64,000 bases of DNA from Octopus bimaculoides (GCF_001194135.2 NC_068983.1:164239461-164303460), one strand, 5' to 3'; positions 24,600 to 38,070 are shown, counted from the first letter of the stretch. Translations and numbers: made by a program. The notes: generated from the letters alone by a model not told the origin.

Positions 24600-24760
24600 C
24601 CAATCTATCAAAGACCTGTCATTATCATATACCAAGTTTGGTAAGAACTTAGAATATTTCCGTGTTGATGCACAAGTCACAACATATTGCTCTGTGATTA
24701 TTGCTAGTTATTCCTCTTCTCCAAAACTCACATAGCCAAAAAGGAATTGGCCAAATTCTG
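24600..24760 (-). pseudogene. Possible decayed PHD finger of a CR1/L2-type ORF1
   Basis: LCEFWRRGITSNNHRAICCDLCI resembles CxxC..NHRAICCDxC. Confidence 0.35.
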
Positions 24761-25543
24761 TCTTTTCCTTGATTATACAGACTGCTGTTTACATTTGTAT
24801 CTTGTTTAATAACTTTATTTGGGTAGAATTTTCTGTGGCTGGTCATTGATTTTATGGAAATGAAATCAGATCTGACTAGTTTCTGATTCCCAGCCAGAAA
24901 TTATAAACCATTGTTGGTTTTTATATTGGTTGACATTGTTTTTTTTTTTTTTTTTTAATTTTTATTTTGCCAAATATTTTTCATCGATTCGTTCTTTTTC
25001 TCTTCATTTGTTCTTTAATATTTTTGAGAGTTCCACTTTGGTTTTGCCCTTGATTTCATCTTTACCATGTCTGGTCCTGAAACTTGGGCAGTATCAGGCT
25101 TTGCAGATGTAGACTTATTTTGTTCCACTATGGTGATTGGTTGGTTATTTCTGGGGTTATTTTCTTGTTTGTTCTATTGTATGAAAGATGTAGCACATGG
25201 GTCGTGTTATTGAGTTTTGTCTTTTTGTATTTTGCTTGCAAGATTTTTGATGTGAAGTCATCAGCTGATACAAATTTTGTTGTATCTTGGAAGGGTCATT
25301 ACATCAACAATGAACACAAACATTGTTTCAATTTCACTTCGTTATTATTAGTCAATTGGTTAGTTATTTAAGCAACTAACTAATTGACTACTTGTTTAAT
25401 CCATCAGTTAACTAATTATTGACTGATGATAAAAGAAGTGAAATAGAACCAGTGCATGTGTTTATTATTGGTGTAATGATGCTCCCAAGATACAACAAAA
25501 ATTATTTCATTGGAGTTTGATCATTTAAGAATGTGTGTTATTT

Positions 25544-25767
25544 CAGTAATCCTTCACCATATCATGGTTCACCCATCACAGTTTATTATTTAAGTTTACA
25601 TCGATTCTTCTGTGGTGTCATTTTGCATTTATAATAAAATAAATATACACAAATTATTAAAATAATTTTAAAAAAATATACAGTACATTACTGCTTCTAC
25701 TTCATGAATTTTTACCTATTGCGGGAGGTTCTGGAATGTAACAGCCATGATAGTTGAGGGATTACTG
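25544..25767. mobile_element. Old Tigger/pogo-like MITE
   Basis: CAGTAATCCTTCACCATATCATGG at the left end and CCATGATAGTTGAGGGATTACTG at the right end. TA TSDs have decayed. Confidence 0.55.
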
Positions 25768-25974
25768 CATATTGAATGGCTTTTGTATGAAATATGTGTT
25801 ATTCATATAAAGAGTGTCCAGTCATGCTACTGAACATATGACTTCTATAGGAAACAGGCTGTACCTAACACAACTATTGTTTTAAATAAGTAATTTTGTA
25901 ATCTCTGGTATGGTTTGTGTTTTCATTCATGATTTTTCTACAGCATACCTAGTGTTTCATTTATCATTGTTTGG

Positions 25975-26612
25975 AGCCTGGTGTAGCCATCTGGTTCACC
26001 AGTCCTCAGTCAAATCGTCCAACCCATGCTCGCATGGAAAGTGGACATTAAACGATGATGAGGAGGAGGAGGATGTGTGTTAACATTTCTTCACCACTGG
26101 ACACTAAACACAGCTTGCGAAGATCTGTTGGGGCAAATGAGATCGAAACTGAACCAAATTCAATGACTGGCACCCGTGCCAGTGGTGCGCTAACAGCACC
26201 ATCCGAGTGGGATCACTGCCAGAGCAGCTGTCTTGCTTCCATTCCGGTGGCACATAAAATGCACTATTTGAGCGCGATCGTTTCCAGCTTTGCCTTACTG
26301 GCACTCATGCCAGTGGCATGTGAACAAAACATTGGACTGTCTCCTGTGCAGGTGGCACGTAAAGAAACACCATTTGAGCGTGGCCATTGTCAGTACCGCT
26401 GGACTGGCCCTCATGCCGGTGGCACGTAAAAAGCACCCACTGCACTCTCGGAGTGGTTAGCGTTAGGAAGGGCATTCAGCTGTAGAAACTCTGCCAGATC
26501 AGATTGGAGTCTGGTGTAGCCATCTGGTTCGCCAGTCCCCAGTCAAATCGTCCAACCCATGCTAGCATGCAAAGCAGACGTTAAATGATGATGATGATGA
26601 TGATGATGATTC
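25975..26612 (+). mobile_element. Two adjacent RTE 3' tail copies: a short one and a longer one with ~3 units and a variant upstream UTR
   Basis: Tail motifs end at ~26066 and ~26612, each with (GAT/GAG)n. Confidence 0.8.
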
Positions 26613-26929
26613 TGTTCATCTCGGTGTCAATATCTTTGTGCTTTGACAGTTTCTTTTATTTATTTCCATGCAATGTTTTGGTTTGAAGGAATCAGAATGT
26701 CTATTAGCATGTGAATATTTTAAGTCTAGTTCTTGATTATTACTATATATGGGTGGGTTGCCTTTAGTCTTGTCAATTTGGACATCTGTACCCAGGTGAT
26801 CCACATTTTCTCTTGTTGTTGTATTTCTGTAGCTTTTGTAGTTAAACATTGGTCCTTTGCAGCTGGAATCTCCCCACAGAATGTAAAGTCTTTTGGCATT
26901 TCTTTCAAATACTTAATTCTCCTCCTTCT

Positions 26930-27140
26930 CATCATCATCATCGCTTAACGTCCGCTTTCCATGCTAGCATGGGTTGGACGATTTGGTTGAGGACTGGCGA
27001 ACCGGATGGCTACACCAGGCTCCAATCTGATCTGGCAGAGTTTCTACAGCTGGATACCCTTCCTAACGCCAACTACTCCGTGAGTGTAGTGGGTGCTTTT
27101 ATGTGCCACCGGCACGAGGGCCAGTCCAGCGGTACTGGCA
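26930..27140 (-). mobile_element. RTE 3' tail copy
   Basis: CTTAACGTCCGCTTTCCATGCTAGCATGGGTTGGACGATTT... Confidence 0.85.
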
Positions 27141-27788
27141 ACAAATTTGTTTTGTTTATTTAATTCAATTTTGCGGATTTTGTTGCTTGCTGCAAATCTC
27201 TTTGCATTTGCAAAGGTGTTTACTGTAATATTTTCCTTTGAGGTATTTTTACCCTCCCATAGCTAATATGTTTCCATATAACATGAGTTCACTGGATGAA
27301 TGGAAACTTCAATGAAGCCCAGTATTCTCCTTTAATTTAATTTTTATTCTGGAGGTTTACATAAAGAGACAAACCTTTCTCTTTGGTGACGGCTATTTGA
27401 GAGGAAGCTCTCTCTGAAATTCCTTTTACTAGGCACCTTTCACAAAAGGATTGAAATAAGCTGATACAATGAAATTAATCATTGTCGATTTTGCTATTCA
27501 ATTTATTTCATAGAATTGTTCATTTCTCTTTTTTTAACAAAATGGTGTCGGTTATGATTGCCGATTATCTCTTTCTGTTTCTTTGTTGTTTTCATTGTTT
27601 TTGTCTGTGTTGTATGAAGATATAAAACCATAAACTATGTGTTTAATAATGGTTTCAAATTTTGGCACAAGGCCAGCAGTTTAGAGGGAGGCATTAAGTC
27701 AATTGCACTACTGACCCCATTATTCAACTGGTACTTATTTTATCAACCCTGAAACGATGAAAGGCAAAGTCGATTACTATCATAATCT

Positions 27789-27820
<32 letters not shown>

Positions 27821-28166
27821 TGTTGTTGTTGTTGTAGTTATTATTAGTAGCAGCAGCAGCAGTATACATTGAGGTATTGAAGGTATCATGGCAGAAGAAG
27901 CGGTAGAGCAACCAATAAAATTCCTGACAATGTTTAGATTCACATTTTTATTTTTTCAAAGTTCAGACAAAAATAAAAGTTAAGTATTTTTCTGGAACCA
28001 TTCAATCAATTATTTTTCATTTCTATAGATTTATAGCCATAAACTATTATAAGAAATTGTTATCATCATCATCATCATCATCACCATCATCATTATCAAC
28101 ATTATTATTATTGTTATTGTTGTTGTTGTTGTTATCATCATCATCATTATTACTATTATCATTATT

Positions 28167-28231
<65 letters not shown>

Positions 28232-28290
28232 TATTATTATTATTACTATTATTATTACTATTATTATTATTGTTGTTGTTATTATTATCA

Positions 28291-28378
<88 letters not shown>

Positions 28379-28914
28379 CATTATTTCTATTATTATCATC
28401 ATTATTATTATTGTAAGAAAACTAAAGCTGTCAGTTTTGCAGTTTCAGTTTTATAGAAATCAATAATAATTAGTATTCGGTAAGCAATTCAATTTATTTT
28501 AGCCACATTTCTTAGAAAATATATTTATTTCATTTTATTTTATTCTATTTCATTTTTTGTTTTGTTTTGTTTTGTCTTGTTCTGGCTGGGAAAAATTAAC
28601 AAATATTATTTTTATTTTCATTTCAAATCTACCTTCATCATCATGATCATCACCATCATCATCATCATCATCATCATCACCATCATCACCATCATCATCA
28701 TCATCATCACCATAATCATCATCACCACCACCCCTACCACCATCATAATCATCATTATTATCATCATCGCCGCCACCACCACCACCACCACCACCATCAT
28801 CATAATCATCATCATCATCACCAACATCATCATTGTTGTTATCATCATTGTCATCATCATCATCGTCATCATCATCATCATCAACACCATTATCCCCTTC
28901 ATCATCATCATCCC

Positions 28915-29102
28915 CTAACATCTGGCTTCTAGGCTGGCATGATACAGCCAAGGGCTGGAGGGTTTGACAAGATTTGACAGCTCAGAGAACTGCATCATGC
29001 TCCAGTGTCTGCTGTGGAATGGTTTCTATGGCTGGCTCTCCTTCCTAACACCAACCATTTTACACAGTGTACAGGGCATATTTTTGGCAGCACCAGCACT
29101 AA
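28915..29102 (-). mobile_element. Diverged RTE 3' tail copy
   Basis: TAACATCTGGCTTCTAGGCTGGCATG...TTTCTATGGCTGG...CTAACACCAACCA, next to a (CAT)n tract. Confidence 0.55.
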
Positions 29103-29237
29103 TGAAGACTGGGATCCCCTTGCAACCTGTAAGGCTAAGAGCCTAAAGGGGTCCCTACAACTGAGGGAGAATAAGGGGGGCAACGAGTGGTGATTCTTTG
29201 CAGAAGATTGAGGGATGATAACAGAGAAGGAATATTC

Positions 29238-29450
29238 TTTTCTACTCTAGGCACAAGGCCCAAAATTTTGGGGGAGGAGGCCAGTCGATTTGATCAACCC
29301 CAGTACACAACTGGTACTTAATTTATTGACCCCCAAAAAGATGAAAGGCAAAGTCGACCTTGGTGGAATTTGAACTCAGAATGTAAAGACAGAGGAAATA
29401 CCGCTCAGCATTTTGCTTGGTGTGCTAATGATTCTGCCATCTTGCCACTT
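29238..29450 (-). mobile_element. tRNA-derived SINE family B (other minus copies at ~548-645, 27660-27775, 30612-30800, 37035-37202, 53730-53930)
   Basis: The reverse complement has a head GCTGGCAGAATC.TTAGCAC..GAGTTCAAATTCC and a central GGTCGACTTTGCCTTTCATC..AATTAAGTACCAG block. From memory this resembles the Meta/Sauria-type SINE core; not verified. Confidence 0.8.
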
Positions 29451-29984
29451 TAAATGGGGAGGAATATTGCTGGGAAAATGGAGAAGGGGGGATTAATGAT
29501 GGGGGTTATTTCAAAAAGGCATGGTTAGAGCTGAAAATTGAGTGGGTGGGTTGTGTAAGGGGTTGTGGTGTGGTGCAATTCAGTATTATAAGGGGTGAGC
29601 ATCAATGAAAGGTGTGTGGGGCAAAGAGGACAGGAAGAGGGCAATAGATTAGGAGGGTGGGGGAATTTTGGGAAAATCATTGAAGGGGAGAGAAATGTGG
29701 TGGTGGTGGGGTATTGCAGGGATTAGCAAGTGGGTCAAAATGAAAAGGGGTGTGGATGAGGGCAGTTAGAGAAAAGGTGGTGAAGGGCGAGGGGTAGTAT
29801 ATGGGTGGGTACAGTAGCAGTAGGGAGGGAAAGGGATATTGGAAAGTACCCAGAGGTAGGAGGGAGAGGAAGAGTAGAGGGTGAATGCTGTAAAGCACTC
29901 TTCTGAAGACTTCTTATTGTTCTCCAAATTCTTCAGCTACCATAGCCTACAATGCCATCACTATGATACCATGTTATCTGTTCT

Positions 29985-30405
29985 ATTCAGCTATTTAATA
30001 TTTTCCTGATTATTCTGTCCATGCCAAGGAGGCAAACCTTTTGTAACAGTTCTACTGGGTACTCTATTCCAATTTCCTTTATATTCCTCTCGATGCCTTC
30101 TGATGATACTGTCACCAAGGACCCAACAATAATATCTTCACCTTCTTCATTTTCCATAGTCTGGCTATTTCATACGTAAGAAGGTTGGATCTATCTTGCT
30201 GCCTTCTTTTTTGACTATTCGTGGGTCAAAGGGACATGCAACATCAATTATATAACATATGTGGTGCACCTTGTCGATCACTACTAGGTCCGGTCTGTTA
30301 TGCTCTAACACCTGATCTGTTTGGATTAGGAAATCCAGAGGCTTTTGCTAGTCTCCGACTCTTCCACTCTTTGCGGTTTGTGCATTCCAACACATAGTTT
30401 GTATG
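29985..30405 (-). pseudogene. RLE-clade LINE endonuclease domain fossil
   Basis: The reverse complement translates as FLIQTDQVLEHNRPDLVVIDKVHHICYIIDVACPFDPRI..YEIARLWKMKKV..LLQKVCLLG..IIRKIL, a PD-(D/E)xK signature. Confidence 0.85.
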
Positions 30406-31049
30406 CTATATGCATATAAGTCTGTTGTGATTTTTATGTAATTAGATTGTAGAAAGGCTTTCTGATGTATTTTATAGTTCTCAGATACAGCCATTTGATT
30501 ACCTAAAATGGCCATAGAATTTGAACCTGTTTCATCTGACTTTCTGCATTGAAATTATGATAAAGTGTTAGAATATTAAATGGAAAGTCTTTTCTAATCC
30601 AGTCACAACCCCAAAATTTGCGCGAGGGGGCCAGTCGATTAGATTGACACAAGTACGCAAATGGTATTTAATTCATTGACGCCAAAAGGATGAAAGGCAA
30701 AGTCGACCTCGGCGGAATTTGAACTCAGAACATAAAGACAGACGAAATACCGTTAAGCATTTCGCCTGGCGTGCTAATGTTTCTGCCAGCCCCGCCACCT
30801 TATATTAAATAGAAAGTAAATACGAGTAATTCAATATTAATCAGGTGAATATATTGGTTCATTTGTTTGAATATGTAGACTGTTCTTTTGTTTGAATATA
30901 TGGAGTTGTGCTGGCTATTAATGGTGTATATTTGTATCTGACTGAATAAGTATAAATTAAAGTGTGTCTATCATAAATAGGGGACAAAAACTAAAACTAC
31001 TGTACAGATGCTGCATTTATTGTCCCTTACCATCCTTTTTGTCCCTTAC

Positions 31050-31370
31050 GAAGACAAGTGTTTCAAAAGTTTCATAAAATCCTCAGAGCTGGACGAATCG
31101 TAAGCAAATCAAAGCCTAGGTTCACTGCTTTCTTTTTTGAACTGTCCGTATATTTGATGAGAGATATCTGAGAGTTCTAGTTATCCAAATTCTTTGCAAT
31201 AATGGTGTGAGGAATATAATTTTGGCCCTTAAAGTCTCTCAAGGTGTTTAAATCATAATTCCTAATTCTAACTTTGATATCCTTATCAGAAGCCATGTTG
31301 TTGACCCCAAAAGTAATGTTTGATCCCAAATCTACCGAGAATCTTCTAATATTGATTTCCACCACAGTTA
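31050..31370 (-). pseudogene. Very decayed RTE-like RT fragment
   Basis: DLGS..ASDKDIKVRI resembles the RTE YLGS..EKDIKIR motif. Confidence 0.4.
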
Positions 31371-31731
31371 CTTGTCTTAGTTGTCTTTTATTCGTCTGCT
31401 TGTTTCACTCATTGGACTGTGGTCATGCTGGGGCACTGCCTTGGAAAACTTTTAGTCAAACAAATTGATTCCAGTGCACTTTTTTTAAAGCCTGGTATGC
31501 ATTCTGTTGTTCTCTTTTGCTGAACCACTAAGTTACTGAGACATAAACAAACCGACCCCGGTTGTCAAGCAGTAGTGGGGGACAGACACTGACACAAAGA
31601 CACACACACACACTCATGGATGGGCAAAATAGTTCAAGGCAGCAAGCTGGCAGAAAGTTTAGCATACTGGGCGAAATGCTCAGCGGTATTTCATCTGCCG
31701 TTATGTCCTGAGTTCAAATTCCACTGAAATT

Positions 31732-31993
31732 TGCATGCCGGTGGCATGTAAAAAGCACCATCCAAATGGGGTCGATGCCAGTGTTGTCTGACTGGCTCCT
31801 GTACTGGTGGTATGTAAAAAGCACTCACTACATTCTCCAAGTGGTTGGCATTAGGAAGGGCAACCAGCTGTAGAAACCTTGCCAGATCAGATTGGAGCCT
31901 GGTGCAGCCTCCTGGCTTGCCAGTCCTCAGTTAAACCATCCAACCCATGCCAGCATGGAAAGCAGACGTTAAACGATGACGATGATGATGATG
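31732..31993 (+). mobile_element. RTE 3' tail copy
   Basis: One full 65-bp unit, the conserved tail, and (GAT)n. Confidence 0.85.
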
Positions 31994-33286
31994 GTAAAAG
32001 AGTTATTAGCAAATAAAGTTTGAAAATTTTGGGTATTTTAGCCAATTGTTAGCCACAGACACATTCATGCCTGTTTCCATAGTAACAAGCCAAGCATGAG
32101 AACTCTTTTGTCTGCGAGAAAGCACATGCTGACAAATATTTTCCACTCATTGAGGTGGTTGTGAGATGTACTAAAAATAGCAGCCAAATAGGCCTTGACT
32201 CATGCACCAAAAAATTCTTTCATTTTATTTTTGGACAATGGCATGAATTCCTATGTGTAGAATACATATTCACCAAAATTTCCTGAAAATACCAAAAAGT
32301 AAAATAGAGGTTATATGGCGTGTGTAGAGGAGAATTATTTATAGTTGACAACACGTGCTGTCATGCACAAAATGACAGCTTCTATATCCTGTTTCCTGGT
32401 AAAAATGATCAAACTTTAAATATCTGTGACGTTTTAAAAACATTTTTCTGGAAAAATTGAAATAACTCCAGCAATTCAGCTTGGAAAAGTATATTATTAT
32501 ACCAAATCTAAAAATTTTTGATTAACTGTAATTTTTGAAATGCTGGCAGCCAAACCAACTGGTTCCTAAATCTTCCCTAATTTGGATATAATTGTAATGT
32601 GAGGCAGGAATCGAACTCTTCACTATAAATTTACATTGATGTTGCTTTTTTTTTCACACCAGGCTAGCCCTGATCAGGTAGGTCTATAGCCAAAGGCATC
32701 CCAACCATGGCCAGTCTGGTTATTTCATACATCAACAATTAATTTCATTATCAAACATGTCATTTTTTTTTATTCAAGAAGACAAGGTATAATTTGTGAA
32801 GATTTGGGTGTTATTTCTTGCAGGTCATGTGATTCTGCCAAGGCCCCATCCCCACCCACCTTACAAGATCATGGGGCAGCTGTATAGAGAGATTAATTAT
32901 ACTACCACCTGGTACCTATTAAGTGCTTGGTAAACTTTGCCATTGAACATAAAATGTCTTGATCATTGACACAAAAGTGACAGGATATGAACTTTCAGTC
33001 TTTTGGCTGGCTGTCATTTACCAAATTGACTTACTCAATGGCTCTCTCTCTCTCTCTCTCTCTTCTTCTTCTTCTTCTTCTTCTTCACAATAAACACTGA
33101 AACTAAAATCAATAGGCCATCAATTCATTGAATTCCAACATTTTGTGCTTGGTTTTTCATCACCGTCGCCACCACAACCACCACCTCTGCCACAACTGCC
33201 TCCATCGCTTCCACCATTCGTCACTGAGAATTTATGTTACTTGAAGCAAAAGAATAAATTATTCTGTTATAGAAATCGAAATATGG

Positions 33287-33340
<54 letters not shown>

Positions 33341-33899
33341 ATGTATGTATATGTATATGGATATATACACACATACTCATGCACAATATATATATATATG
33401 TGCACACATACACACACACACAGAGGCACACACATACACACACACACACACACACACAGAGGCTCATACATAGGCACATACACACATCTATTTATATATT
33501 TCTCTCCTGATCTCTCTATTAATTAATCTATGAAAAGATCTTTCTAACTGAGCAATGTTTTGTTGATTTATGTACACACAAACACTCTTATACACACATA
33601 CACACACACACAGTGTTATGTATGCATACATACATGCATGTGTGTTTGTATGCATGTGTGCCTGTGTGTGAGTGTGTGTGTGTGCATTGTCACATTAGAC
33701 ATTATATGCACCCTGTATATTTATATATATATATTTCTAAATATACAGACACACAGACGCACACACACACACACACACGTTATATACGTGTGTGTTTGGG
33801 GTTATAAATAAGAAAAGTGTGCTCAATACTTTTTGTAGAACTTATTTATTTGGAAACAGCTGGTGATTCATACAGCTGTCATCTTGAAGGGGACAGCAG

Positions 33900-34060
33900 T
33901 ATGAAGAAGTGGTGTGGATTTAAAGTGAATGGAATTTGTGGCTGAGGGAGGGTGAGGAAATTTCGGTAGGAAATGTTGAAAAAAAATCTTGAGCTGTGTC
34001 AGATGGAAAAGACAACAAATGACTGCACTAATTGGTGATGCTCTGTGCTACAGAAGTATG
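33900..34060 (+). pseudogene. Very decayed RTE-like C-terminus
   Basis: FKVNGICG*GRVRKFR*EMLKKNL..TNDCTNW resembles the RGRPRKTW..DL..DR..W pattern. Confidence 0.35.
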
Positions 34061-34086
34061 GCAATACAGACATTAAAACTGGTGCA

Positions 34087-34125
<39 letters not shown>

Positions 34126-34394
34126 TTGTGCATATAGTTGTAATCATGAAGACAAACTAAATAGTGATATTTTTGAAATCATTTAATATGCACATTTCAG
34201 GTTTGTTTCATATGATAGGAAATGCATCCATTACATAAACCTTCCTCAGTTAAAGCATTTCACAAGTAACTGAGGAAGGTTTGCATAATGGATGCATTTC
34301 CTTTCATATATTAATCAGACCTGAAATGTGCATATTAAATGATTTCAAAATTATCACTATTTGGCTTGACTTCATTATTGCAACTAATATGACT

Positions 34395-35091
34395 CGATGC
34401 CAGTACAAACTGACCAGTCTAGGCTCCACTTATGCTGATAGACTTGAGCCCAAAATTCTGGCACCAGACACCACTTATTAGCATATCGAATGTCAGGTCA
34501 TTGGCACCCATGCTGGTGGCATGTAGAAGCATCTTTTGAGCATTGGGCTTCATGGAGGCAAGGACCAACACCATTTGGTTTTATGTCCTGCTCGACAAGA
34601 AGACCCATCAAGCCAAGTAAAACCACAGTCATGGCAGATAGCAGTGTCATGCAAATGGCACCAATGCCGGTGGCACGTAAAGGTACTTATTATACTCTCA
34701 GAGTGATTGGCATTAGGAAGGGCATCCTGCTGTGGAAAACAGACTGGAGTCTGGTGCAGCCTTCCAGTTTGCCAGCCCTGGTCAAACCGTCCAACCCTTG
34801 TCAGTATGGACAATGAATGCTAAATGATGATGATGATGATGATGATATAAGCATATGCGTCATCATTGAACACCATTTTGAGCGTGGTCGTTGCCAGTAC
34901 CGCCTGACTGGCCCTCATGCCAGCAGCATATAAATACACCCACTATACTCTCGGAGTGGTTGGCATTAGGAAGGGCATCCAGCTGTAGAAACTCAGCCTG
35001 ATCAGATTGGAGCCTGGTGCAGCCTCCTGGTTCACCAGTCCTCAGCATGGAAGGCAGATGTTAAACGATGATGATGACGATGACGATGATG
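34395..35091 (+). mobile_element. Two consecutive RTE 3' tail copies
   Basis: Tails end in (GAT)n at ~34846 and ~35091. Confidence 0.75.
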
Positions 35092-35265
35092 TTCCATGCT
35101 GGCATGGGTTGTTTTTGACAGGGTATTCACTCTTCCCCTACCTGAAGACACTTTCTTCAGATGGACTCACCACACACACACATCTCCCCCATATACCCCA
35201 TCTGAATTTCCTGCCAGCAAATTTGGTTTGGCATCAATCATTCTCACCATCTATACACCTCCCAC

Positions 35266-35359
35266 GGGCATATGGTGTAGTGGTTAAGGGAACAGGCTAC
35301 TAACCCCAACATTCTGACTTCAATTCCAGGCAGTGACCTGAATAATAATAATAATGATG

Positions 35360-35423
<64 letters not shown>

Positions 35424-35603
35424 TAATAATAATAACAATAACATCAAAAAATACCTTAGGAATGAGAACCCAGGTTCGAAATATCCCCAAGACACCTGAT
35501 GACGGCTGGAGGGTATATCAGCCGAAACGTTGTGTTAACAACAAACAAGATGAGGACAAGTATCCGTCAAATGTAAATAATGTAAATAATATAAATAATG
35601 TAT
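35266..35603 (+). mobile_element. Composite non-autonomous retroelement: tRNA-like Pol III head + (AAT)n spacer + 3' module carrying a Penelope-type hammerhead
   Basis: Head GGGCATATGGTGTAGTGGTTAAG...GACTTCAATTCCAGGC has A-box-like and B-box-like motifs (35266-35340). (AAT)n spans 35341-35442. The 3' module contains CTGATGA..GAAAC and ends in (TGTAAATAA)n. Homologous pieces occur at 9391-9755 and 15087-15548. Confidence 0.85.
35491..35536 (+). ncRNA. Minimal type I hammerhead ribozyme motif (family 1)
   Basis: Stem I GACAC/GTGTT; core CTGATGA plus one extra C; stem II GGCTG/CAGCC; GAAA; palindromic ACGT stem III; GTT triplet with predicted cleavage after 35531. Confidence 0.8.
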
Positions 35604-36071
35604 ACAACTCCTGTCACCATCAAAATGTCTAATGCTGCTGTATCAATAAAATACACTGAGTGCATTTTATTGCAGCACCAACATTAAAAACTGTAGGGGC
35701 CAAGAGATAGCCCTTAGTCTTGTTGAGGGCATGATATTCCCTTAGGGGTTTATCATGCTATTGTGAGTATATTTTTTAAACTAGTTGGCACAGGGGAGTG
35801 TGTTGCGCAGCTGGGAGAAGACCAAAAATGGAGGTTATTAGTGAGATCGTATTCTTTCAGACATTTAATGAGAACAGCAGCAACCCCCCATCCCCATGCA
35901 CGGATGGGTAGAGCAGGATGTAGAACAATAATGATGGTGATGATTATGATGTTGATAATGTGGACGGTAATGATGATGATGGCAATAATGATGGTGGTGA
36001 TAATGATATTGACGTTGATGACATCAGTGACAACGACAATGCTGATGACCATGACAATGATGATGACGGCA

Positions 36072-36103
<32 letters not shown>

Positions 36104-36218
36104 GTCTATGATGATGACGGCTACAACAGTGACTTTTACAATGATGGCAATCACAATGATGATGATGATGGTGATGATGACAGCTACATTGATGATGATG
36201 GTGCTGATGATGATGAAT

Positions 36219-36251
<33 letters not shown>

Positions 36252-36316
36252 GTTTAACGTCTGCTTTCCATGCTAGCATGGGTTGGACGATTTGACTGAG
36301 GACTGGTGAAACCGGA

Positions 36317-36350
<34 letters not shown>

Positions 36351-36969
36351 GTAGTGAAGGTGATGATGATAATAATGATGATGATGATGACGGTGACGAT
36401 GATGGTTGTGATGATGATGAGAGGATTACAACAACAACAACAACTACGATGACAGCTTTGGTTGCTTAATATATTAGGAGTTAATATGCAGCTGAAAGAA
36501 ACATAGAAGCTTATTGAATCACGCTTATTTTTATTTTGCTTTTTGCCTTTTTTTTTTTTTTTTTCGGTTGAGGGTAAGAATTTTAGCTTCCTTTTCACCA
36601 AACTTCATTCAAAAAAACATTTATTTCTATTTCTATTTCTATTTTTTTTCTTCTTTTTTTACTGTTTGCAATGATATTAAAATATATTTTAAATAGAAAG
36701 AGTAATGTTAGAAACATTTATTTTTTTTTTACATTTGATTTGTTCGTTATGAATTATCTTAGCATGATGTCTACTCAATGAATAAAGTAAGAATTATTTC
36801 AAACAACGTCACCCATTTCCTGCTCTATTTTCACTCACCGTCATCGTGAATGCAGTAATTAAGAATCAACCGCCACAAGAGATCCAAGATAGATTTTATG
36901 TCTCCTTTCAAAATATCTGCAAAGAAAAACAACAAAAAAACATAACATGTAAGTAAACAATTTCACCAA

Positions 36970-37032
<63 letters not shown>

Positions 37033-37215
37033 CCTTTCTGCTGAAGGCACAAAGCCTGAAATTTGTGGGGAGGGGAATAGTCGATTACATTGACTCCAGG
37101 ATTTCACTGGTCCTTAATTTATCGACCTCGGTGGAATTTGAACTCAGAATACCACAAAGCATTCCATCCAGTGTGCTAACGACTCTGCAAGCTCACTGCC
37201 TTAATAATAATAGTG

Positions 37216-37270
<55 letters not shown>

Positions 37271-37365
37271 TAATAATAATCATCATCATCATCGTTTAGT
37301 GTCTGCTTTCCATGCTAGCATGGGTTGGATGATTTGACTGAGGACTGGTGAACCAGATGGCTACT

Positions 37366-37396
<31 letters not shown>

Positions 37397-37439
37397 TGAT
37401 GATGATGATGAGAATCACGTTCTATTGGCAAGGAAGCTT

Positions 37440-37755
37440 GCGAATTCACAGGGTAATTTGACATTAATCCTGAAACATTTCAAGAACCTGAAACCCCTGC
37501 CACAAAACAAGCAAAATGGACCAAGCAGACTGCAAAACAGGAATGGGCAGAAAGAAATTGAGGAGCAATGGATCCAGAAGTCTCTGCATGGACAATATAT
37601 ATTTCAAAGTCGAAATGTTGATGTAGACCAAGCAACAATCTATTGGTGGATGAGAAGTTCAGAACTGACAGCAGAGACTGAAGGTTTCATATTGGTGGCA
37701 CAAGATCAAAGCCTGCTCACAGAAAAACTACCAGGCTAATGTTCTTTGAGAATGG
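37440..37755 (+). pseudogene. RLE-clade LINE fragment upstream of the zinc knuckle
   Basis: WIQKSLHGQY..WMRSSELTAETEGFILVAQDQSLLT, then a frameshift into RNYQANV. Confidence 0.8.
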
Positions 37756-38036
37756 TCAACACCAGTGCCGTCTGACTGGCTCCCATGCCAGTGGTACGTA
37801 AAAAGCACCATTCAATCATGGCTGATGCCAGTGCTGCCTGACTGGCTCCCATGCGGGTGGCATGTAAAAAGCACCCACTACACTCCCAGAGTGGTTAGCG
37901 TTAGGAAGGGTATCCAGCTGTAGAAATTCTGCCAAATCAGATTGGAGCCTGGTGTAGCCATCTGGTTCGCCAGACCTCAGTCAAATCGTCCAACCCATGC
38001 TAGCATGGAAAGCAGCATTGAAAGATGATGATGATA

Positions 38037-38070
<34 letters not shown>
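37755..38070 (+). mobile_element. RTE 3' tail copy
   Basis: About two 65-bp units, the conserved tail, and (GAT)n. Confidence 0.85.

Noticed and set aside
25020-25300. Possible Penelope GIY-YIG remnant (minus strand)
   Set aside because: All three frames were translated and none gave a convincing motif.
35266-35340. Genuine tRNA genes at the SINE heads
   Set aside because: There is no complete cloverleaf or acceptor stem, and the heads run into repeat bodies.
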